From: a virus
IMG/VR virus record: IMGVR_UViG_3300045988_069864
Length of the DNA: 64,000 nucleotides
Reading direction: 5' to 3' (one strand)
Positions 59,888 through 64,000 of this stretch are shown here, one piece after another (position 1 is the stretch's first letter; each line of letters opens with the position of its first letter). The notes beneath the pieces were generated by a model, which did not search any database, had not been told where the DNA came from, and was given only the letters and a program-made list of their open reading frames with translations. The translations under genes were made by a program, and so were the position numbers.

Positions 59888-60214
59888 ATGACTATTAGAG
59901 ATTGGCTGAAGAAACCGGTAAGGACATACACCTGTTCTGATGGATCGTATGAAATCCAAGAGAATCGACCGAGATTGTACTGTAATGATGGATATTCCAT
60001 TTCGGTACAAGCCAGCAGCTTTCATTACTGTAAACCGAGACTTAATGGGATACGGGACTATGAAAGCGTTGAGCTTGGTTTTCCGAGTACGGAAGATGAA
60101 CTCATTAACGAGTATGCCGAGAATGATTCGATTTACACGCAAACCGTTTATGGTTATGTGCCTATCGAAATTATTGAAAAACTTATCAACAAGCATGGAG
60201 GAATAAAAGCTTAA
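59888..60214 (+). CDS. hypothetical protein
   Basis: 108 aa. SD AAAGGAG. Confidence 0.6.
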   Translation: MTIRDWLKKPVRTYTCSDGSYEIQENRPRLYCNDGYSISVQASSFHYCKPRLNGIRDYESVELGFPSTEDELINEYAENDSIYTQTVYGYVPIEIIEKLINKHGGIKA

Positions 60215-60228
60215 TAAAACAATGAAGT

Positions 60229-60270
60229 AAGAGGTCATAAAATTGGCCTTTTACTTTTTCTTTTTATCTA
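60229..60270 (+). terminator. intrinsic terminator
   Basis: AAGAGGTCA..TGGCCTTTT followed by ACTTTTTCTTTTT. Confidence 0.6.
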
Positions 60271-60306
60271 ATTCTGAGTTGATTACGGGAAAGGAGAAAA
60301 AAGCAG

Positions 60307-60507
60307 ATGCCTGAAGAAGTATACGCTTATTTATGTGACACGCATAAGTGTGAGAAGTGCTCATTTCCTGAATGCTCCCATACAACCGATGAGAGACATC
60401 GATGTATTTCTAACGAAGCGACTGAGATGAGACTTGTCGGGTCGACCAATGGTATTAACTATTATATGGAATTTGTTGCGATAGAAGGGAGAAGCCATGA
60501 AAATTAA
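60307..60507 (+). CDS. small Cys/His-rich protein
   Basis: 66 aa. 'CDTHKCEKCSFPECSH'. SD AAAGGAGAAAA. Confidence 0.5.
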   Translation: MPEEVYAYLCDTHKCEKCSFPECSHTTDERHRCISNEATEMRLVGSTNGINYYMEFVAIEGRSHEN

Positions 60508-60850
60508 AAATGCAAAAATCCATTCCACAATGCTTGGACGAGAAGATCATGGAATTATGACATTCATGATTTATATTGATGCAGACGGTTCCGGTTGTGG
60601 CGTCGGAGGATATTGCCTTGATGAATTCAACTCTGCTACTCAGACAAGAGTGTTCCGAGCTGAGTCCATGGAAGCGATATCTAAGATTTTGGAAGTAGTC
60701 GGTGTGGATAAGTGGGAGGACCTTCCAGGAAAGTATATTCGCTTCGAGGATAACGGCTTGGGTTCTACGGTGACCAAGATTGGCAATATCATCAAGGATA
60801 AATGGTTCGATTTGGAAGAATTCTTTCTGCCAACGAAACACTTTTCCTAG
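60497..60850 (+). CDS. hypothetical protein
   Basis: 117 aa, overlapping the upstream stop. Confidence 0.55.
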   Translation: MKIKNAKIHSTMLGREDHGIMTFMIYIDADGSGCGVGGYCLDEFNSATQTRVFRAESMEAISKILEVVGVDKWEDLPGKYIRFEDNGLGSTVTKIGNIIKDKWFDLEEFFLPTKHFS

Positions 60851-60864
60851 TTATTGCTAGGGGT

Positions 60865-60892
60865 CACGCGAGAATTACATATCGTATTATGA
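60865..60892 (+). promoter_or_regulatory. Bipartite promoter-like motif copy
   Basis: CACGCG AGAATTACATATCGTA TTATGA. Confidence 0.5.
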
Positions 60893-61000
60893 GAGAAAAG
60901 AGAATCATGTATTGGTGATGACCTTTGCCCGGTGTGTAAGGGGAATTGTACATTATTACAACAATACAGTAGAACTCGCACTTTTCTCTTTTATTTTTTT
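60891..61000 (+). ncRNA. candidate ~110-nt ORF-less RNA closed by a 9-bp stem AGAGAAAAG/CTTTTCTCT plus a T-run
   Basis: 60892-60900 pairs with 60981-60989, then TTTATTTTTTT. There is no SD-preceded ORF. A second terminator follows. Confidence 0.3.
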
Positions 61001-61038
61001 GTTTGCGTGGCTAACGGGGAACCACCCATTGGAATCCC

Positions 61039-61082
61039 TAGGAGATCTGAAACATGGTCTCCTATTCTTTTATATTTGTAAA
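61039..61082 (+). terminator. intrinsic terminator; perfect 44-nt repeat of 53801-53844
   Basis: Identical TAGGAGATCTGAAACATGGTCTCCTATTCTTTTATATTTGTAAA. Confidence 0.75.
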
Positions 61083-61094
61083 AAGGAGTAAAGT

Positions 61095-61118
61095 ATGGAA
61101 TGGTGGCATCGTTGTTGA
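61095..61118 (+). CDS. 7-codon mini-ORF MEWWHRC with tandem Trp codons (leader-peptide candidate)
   Basis: Strong SD AAAAGGAG 7 nt upstream. The stop codon is embedded in the hairpin ATCGT..ACGAT, followed by CTTTTGTT. Confidence 0.25.
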   Translation: MEWWHRC

Positions 61119-61193
61119 AGACGATAGCTTTTGTTACAGAGCAGATACCAGAAAACGCTGGTGCGATGATATTCATAGAAAGGACTGATAAAA

Positions 61194-61352
61194 ATGAAAG
61201 TATCTGAAATCTTCGAGACCATTAGTGATATTGAACGATTGCGCGGCGTTCTTGCTACAGATGGTTATCACCCGACAAATGTTGAGATATCTGAGATTCG
61301 TGATCTATTGTGGGGTTATCGGAATGAACTTCTTAAGAAGGAAGTTAAATGA
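61194..61352 (+). CDS. small hypothetical protein (52 aa)
   Basis: SD AAAGGA. ATG 61194. Confidence 0.45.
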   Translation: MKVSEIFETISDIERLRGVLATDGYHPTNVEISEIRDLLWGYRNELLKKEVK

Positions 61353-61366
61353 AAGAGGAATAAAAA

Positions 61367-61483
61367 ATGTTAGCTGTCGCTTTCGCAATCCTATATCTCG
61401 CCAATGCACCATTACCCACATACATAGCAATCGCACTTGCGTGGTATGTCAGTAGTTCATTTAACATTCGTATTGACAAATGA
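61367..61483 (+). CDS. small membrane protein (38 aa)
   Basis: 'MLAVAFAILYLANAPLPTYIAIALAWYV'. SD AGAGGAA. Confidence 0.4.
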   Translation: MLAVAFAILYLANAPLPTYIAIALAWYVSSSFNIRIDK

Positions 61484-61507
61484 TATTTGAGGATAAGGAG
61501 TCTAATT

Positions 61508-61585
61508 ATGAACGAACAGAAATTCATTGAGGAAATGCTTCTAAATATGAATGAACAGAAATTCACTGAGGAAACGCTTCATACG
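61508..61585 (+). repeat. tandem 39-nt duplication at the 5' end of the gene
   Basis: ATGAACGAACAGAAATTCATTGAGGAAATGCTTCTAAAT / ATGAATGAACAGAAATTCACTGAGGAAACGCTTCATACG. Confidence 0.8.
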
Positions 61586-61891
61586 ATGCTTTATTTTTTT
61601 GAAAATCGTAAGAACAAAGAAATTAGCGATCTTGCAGACGAATATTTCGAACATGACATGAGACTGGATGATTTTATTCTTAAGGCACAAGCGATTGTCG
61701 ATAAGCTTGAGTATGTAGAGACTATCGTCAAAAAGATATACCATGGACTGAATCCGAGCGACAGACTTTATGTTTCTTGTCCTAAGTGCGGTGCGTTTAT
61801 GACTTATGATGGCGAGCTCGAAGAATGTTTTTGCCCAGTTTGCAATTTTCATGCAAGGGTAGACACGCGAGGAGGTAAAGCTAATGATTGA
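61508..61891 (+). CDS. hypothetical protein with a duplicated N-terminus and a C-terminal zinc ribbon
   Basis: 127 aa. 'MNEQKFIEEMLLN/MNEQKFTEETLHT'. 'CPKCGAF...CPVCNF'. Confidence 0.55.
   Translation: MNEQKFIEEMLLNMNEQKFTEETLHTMLYFFENRKNKEISDLADEYFEHDMRLDDFILKAQAIVDKLEYVETIVKKIYHGLNPSDRLYVSCPKCGAFMTYDGELEECFCPVCNFHARVDTRGGKAND
61831..61870 (+). repeat. 40-nt direct repeat, copy 1 (3' end of gene 61508-61891)
   Basis: TTGCCCAGTTTGCAATTTTCATGCAAGGGTAGACACGCGA. It matches 62147-62186 at 36 of 40 positions. Confidence 0.85.
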
Positions 61892-62132
61892 ACGAACAGT
61901 AACTATTAGTGGCAGAGAAGAGGACGTTGCTACTGTACTTAGGCTCCTTAAACATATGGAGTATCTTGGAAATGTTGGAGTAAGCAGAAATCTCCTTGTA
62001 TGGGTCGACGGAGACGGCTGTGGTCAGATTCATGTAATGGACAAAAGCGGAGAGAAGCTAGATAATGTCCATTATAGCATAGAGCAGATCCCTACTATGG
62101 GTGCTGTTGCTGGCATTTACGATATCGGTTGA
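61884..62132 (+). CDS. hypothetical protein flanked by the 40-nt direct repeats
   Basis: 82 aa. ATGA overlap with the upstream gene. Confidence 0.55.
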   Translation: MIERTVTISGREEDVATVLRLLKHMEYLGNVGVSRNLLVWVDGDGCGQIHVMDKSGEKLDNVHYSIEQIPTMGAVAGIYDIG

Positions 62133-62146
62133 AAAGAAAACAACAA

Positions 62147-62186
62147 TTGCCCAGTTTGCGATTTTCAAGGAAGAGTAGACACGCGA
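62147..62186 (+). repeat. 40-nt direct repeat, copy 2 (in frame after the TGA of gene 61884-62132)
   Basis: TTGCCCAGTTTGCGATTTTCAAGGAAGAGTAGACACGCGA. It encodes '..CPVCDFQGRVDTR..', a remnant of the C-terminus of a zinc-ribbon paralog. Confidence 0.85.
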
Positions 62187-62219
62187 CTTGGTATTGTACG
62201 TATAGACGAAAAGGAGTGA

Positions 62220-62355
62220 ATGAAATATTTTATGCCCTAAATGCCAAAAAGCCGAAATGAATTATTATAAAATTCCGTATGATGGATGGATTTATATTTA
62301 CAGGTCTTGTCCAGCATGCGGGTTTTATATTAGTAAAGGAATTCGTAATTTATGA
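62220..62355 (+). pseudogene. zinc-ribbon mini-gene, possibly +1 frameshifted near its start (or a 32-aa product from ATG 62257)
   Basis: 'ATG AAA TAT TTT ATG CCC TAA' stops after 6 codons. The +1 frame reads 'LCPKCQKAEMNYYKIPYDGWIYIYRSCPACGFYISKGIRNL*'. Confidence 0.3.
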
Positions 62356-62377
62356 AAATTAAAAGGTGGTGTGTCAA

Positions 62378-62686
62378 ATGGATGTAGCCGATGCAAACTC
62401 TCTGTACACATTGAAAGTAATTGCATTGATATTCATTGGATGTCCTGCTCTTATGCTCACCGGTGCTTTTCTGCTATGGCCCGAGATTTGGGTAGCATCG
62501 CATATTTATAGTGAGATCAATAAGCGATTGCGAAAAGTTATTCGATGCAAGGACTGTCGGTATCGCAACGAAGAAGGCTGTCCGTTGAAAGGTAATTGTA
62601 CAGACTATGATTTCTGCTCAAAAGGAGAAGAAATTCCTTTAAAGCAATATGGTACGGCTTACGAAAATGAGGAGGACAACGCATGA
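62378..62686 (+). CDS. membrane protein with a Cys-rich C-terminus
   Basis: 102 aa. TM segment 'VIALIFIGCPALMLTGAFLLW'. 'CKDCRYRNEEGCPLKGNC'. Confidence 0.55.
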   Translation: MDVADANSLYTLKVIALIFIGCPALMLTGAFLLWPEIWVASHIYSEINKRLRKVIRCKDCRYRNEEGCPLKGNCTDYDFCSKGEEIPLKQYGTAYENEEDNA

Positions 62687-62850
62687 CTAATCCGTGCGAT
62701 AAATGCAAGCACACTGACGTTTGTAAATACAAAGAAGAACTTAATAATTGTTTGAACGACATTGACAAAATTGCACACGGCGATTTCATAACAATTAAAG
62801 TCGAATGTATTTATAGAGATAATATTTTCACTGCGAAAAGAGGTATGTAA
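62683..62850 (+). CDS. small Cys-containing protein (55 aa)
   Basis: 'MTNPCDKCKHTDVCKYKEELNNC'. SD GAGGAGGA. Confidence 0.45.
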   Translation: MTNPCDKCKHTDVCKYKEELNNCLNDIDKIAHGDFITIKVECIYRDNIFTAKRGM

Positions 62851-62853
62851 ACG

Positions 62854-63039
62854 ATGGTTATACCGGTTATTCTTATCTGTTTTGCTGCAGGGTTCATTTG
62901 GTTACTAACATTGGGATCGGTCGGTAGTAATCTTGATAGACACAAATCTGATGCTATATGGCCATGCGTTGCGATGCTTTTCTGCTCTGCTTTAGTCTGT
63001 CTAACTCTGATTAAATTTAGTTTCAGTTTTTTACTATAA
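62854..63039 (+). CDS. small 2-TM membrane protein
   Basis: 61 aa with two hydrophobic helices. Confidence 0.5.
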   Translation: MVIPVILICFAAGFIWLLTLGSVGSNLDRHKSDAIWPCVAMLFCSALVCLTLIKFSFSFLL

Positions 63040-63057
63040 ATAAAAGAGGTATAAATT

Positions 63058-63384
63058 ATGAATTTCTTCGCAATTGTCTCCGCTTTCATCATTGGCGGTA
63101 CTGTTGGATATTTTTACTGCGGACTCACGACTGGCGCCAAGAATGAGAATCTTGATCAAGAAACTACTAGTGAGGATATTAATATTATTGCGCGTTGCGA
63201 TAAACGAATCAAAGAATATGAAAAGACAGTTGAAAAGTACAAACAGATTATCGAAAACGACAATAAAAACATTCAGTATCTTCGTACATTGTTTATGAAA
63301 GCTTGCAAAATGGGCAACATTGATCCATTGACGGTTGATATTTGTGAAGAGACGGATAAAGCCGATAAGGAGGCAACTAAATGA
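63058..63384 (+). CDS. N-terminally anchored coiled-coil protein
   Basis: 108 aa. TM segment 'FFAIVSAFIIGGTVGYFY'. SD AAAGAGG. Confidence 0.55.
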   Translation: MNFFAIVSAFIIGGTVGYFYCGLTTGAKNENLDQETTSEDINIIARCDKRIKEYEKTVEKYKQIIENDNKNIQYLRTLFMKACKMGNIDPLTVDICEETDKADKEATK

Positions 63385-63596
63385 GTCCGATTCAAGGAAA
63401 CAAAAACGAACGCGGAAGAAACTCATCCGGATATTCTGATCCGACTATGACAGAGGCGGTCGATAAGGCCACTAAAGACCGTAAGCGAATGGAGAAGCTT
63501 GTGAAGACCATCTATTATATTTGTGAGATGGCAGGTTTCGAAGTTGGCGAACGGATTATATTAGTTGATAAAACCACAGGCAAGATTTGGAGGTAA
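63381..63596 (+). CDS. hypothetical protein
   Basis: 71 aa. ATGA overlap. SD AAGGAGG. Confidence 0.55.
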   Translation: MSPIQGNKNERGRNSSGYSDPTMTEAVDKATKDRKRMEKLVKTIYYICEMAGFEVGERIILVDKTTGKIWR

Positions 63597-63602
63597 TATA
63601 TT

Positions 63603-63935
63603 ATGAATATGTTCGATTATCAGTACGCAGCAGCTCGTAGCATCAATTATGATCTGACCGATGCAGAGAAAGGTAAACACGCACTTCACGGTATGGTGGC
63701 AGAAATTGGCGAACTCCACTCGATCTATCAGAAACGGTATCAGGGTCATCCGTTCAATGAGGAGCATGCTAAAAAAGAGCTAGGCGACCTGATATGGTTC
63801 ATTGCCGAGTATTGCACTGCTCACAACTGGGACCTTAATGATATTTGCCAAATGAATATTGACAAGCTCAAAGCTCGCTATCCCGATGGTTTCGAGGTTG
63901 ATAAGAGTCTGCATCGTGCTGAGGGTGATATTTGA
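63603..63935 (+). CDS. mazG: MazG-like nucleoside triphosphate pyrophosphohydrolase
   Basis: 110 aa. 'LHGMVAEIGELHSIYQK...AKKELGDLIWFIAEYC...NIDKLKARYPDGF' contains the EExxE/D-type MazG helices. Confidence 0.8.
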   Translation: MNMFDYQYAAARSINYDLTDAEKGKHALHGMVAEIGELHSIYQKRYQGHPFNEEHAKKELGDLIWFIAEYCTAHNWDLNDICQMNIDKLKARYPDGFEVDKSLHRAEGDI

Positions 63936-64000
63936 TGAAAGCTCATGTTGGAAAAAATGGCATAGCACCGTGGGTTTTGGATGAAGCTGTAGCAGAAGCT
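63935..64000 (+). CDS. hypothetical protein, 3'-truncated by the window edge
   Basis: The ATG overlaps the mazG stop (TGATG). The frame is open to the end of the window. Confidence 0.4.
   Translation, partial: MKAHVGKNGIAPWVLDEAVAEA

Noticed and set aside
60918-61091. 57-aa + strand reading frame 'MTFARCVRGIVHYYNNTVELALFSF...' and the minus-strand ORF 60991-61176
   Set aside because: Both span two intrinsic terminators, including the 44-nt repeat, and neither has an SD. They are very unlikely to be translated.

Overview
The whole 64 kb window appears to be phage DNA: a temperate, siphovirus-like genome (or an internal part of a prophage) from a low-GC Firmicute. No host genes are visible, nearly all genes are on the + strand, and most have AGGAGG-type ribosome-binding sites. 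Layout: (a) 1-4.4 kb is the end of an early/middle region, with an HTH protein, two PD-(D/E)xK nucleases and a 982-aa protein carrying an RdRP/YonO-like DFDGD two-barrel RNA-polymerase motif. (b) 4.4-34.1 kb holds the packaging, head, tail and lysis genes: a candidate cos/pac region, terS, an HNH endonuclease, four tandem paralogs with an 'ELYHHG[IV]KGxKWG[VI]R' N-terminus, terL, portal, a prohead protease fused to the major capsid protein, neck proteins, major tail protein, chaperones, an amidase/glucosaminidase/SH3 lysin, a 1784-aa tape measure, Dit, Tal, collagen-like and receptor-binding fibres, a CE4-deacetylase tail protein and a holin. (c) 34.1-37.4 kb is the lysogeny module: a moron cassette, a large serine recombinase, a CI-like repressor, a Cro-like protein and a RinA/ArpU-like regulator. 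(d) 37.4-64 kb is a long early region of about 60 mostly small genes. It includes three 2-TM paralogs, a 1325-aa P-loop + AEP primase + family-B polymerase fusion, a gp2.5-like SSB candidate, tRNA-Met(CAU), an HNH-helicase fusion, a Bro-N antirepressor, a ThyX-fold protein, MazG and many small zinc-ribbon proteins. The most unusual signal is regulatory. At least 17 same-strand copies of a rigid bipartite motif (TTCGCG-N16-TTATGA) occur only in the non-structural regions. They usually sit between an intrinsic terminator and the next Shine-Dalgarno sequence. Several are followed immediately by a hairpin or closing stem plus a T-run, which suggests promoter-proximal terminators or short RNAs. With the phage-encoded RNAP-like protein, this points to a phage-specific transcription system, but that link is inference only. 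I found no CRISPR array, rRNA, transposase or reverse transcriptase. Four small early genes look disrupted by +1 frameshifts. All functional calls rest on motif recognition by eye; no searches were run.
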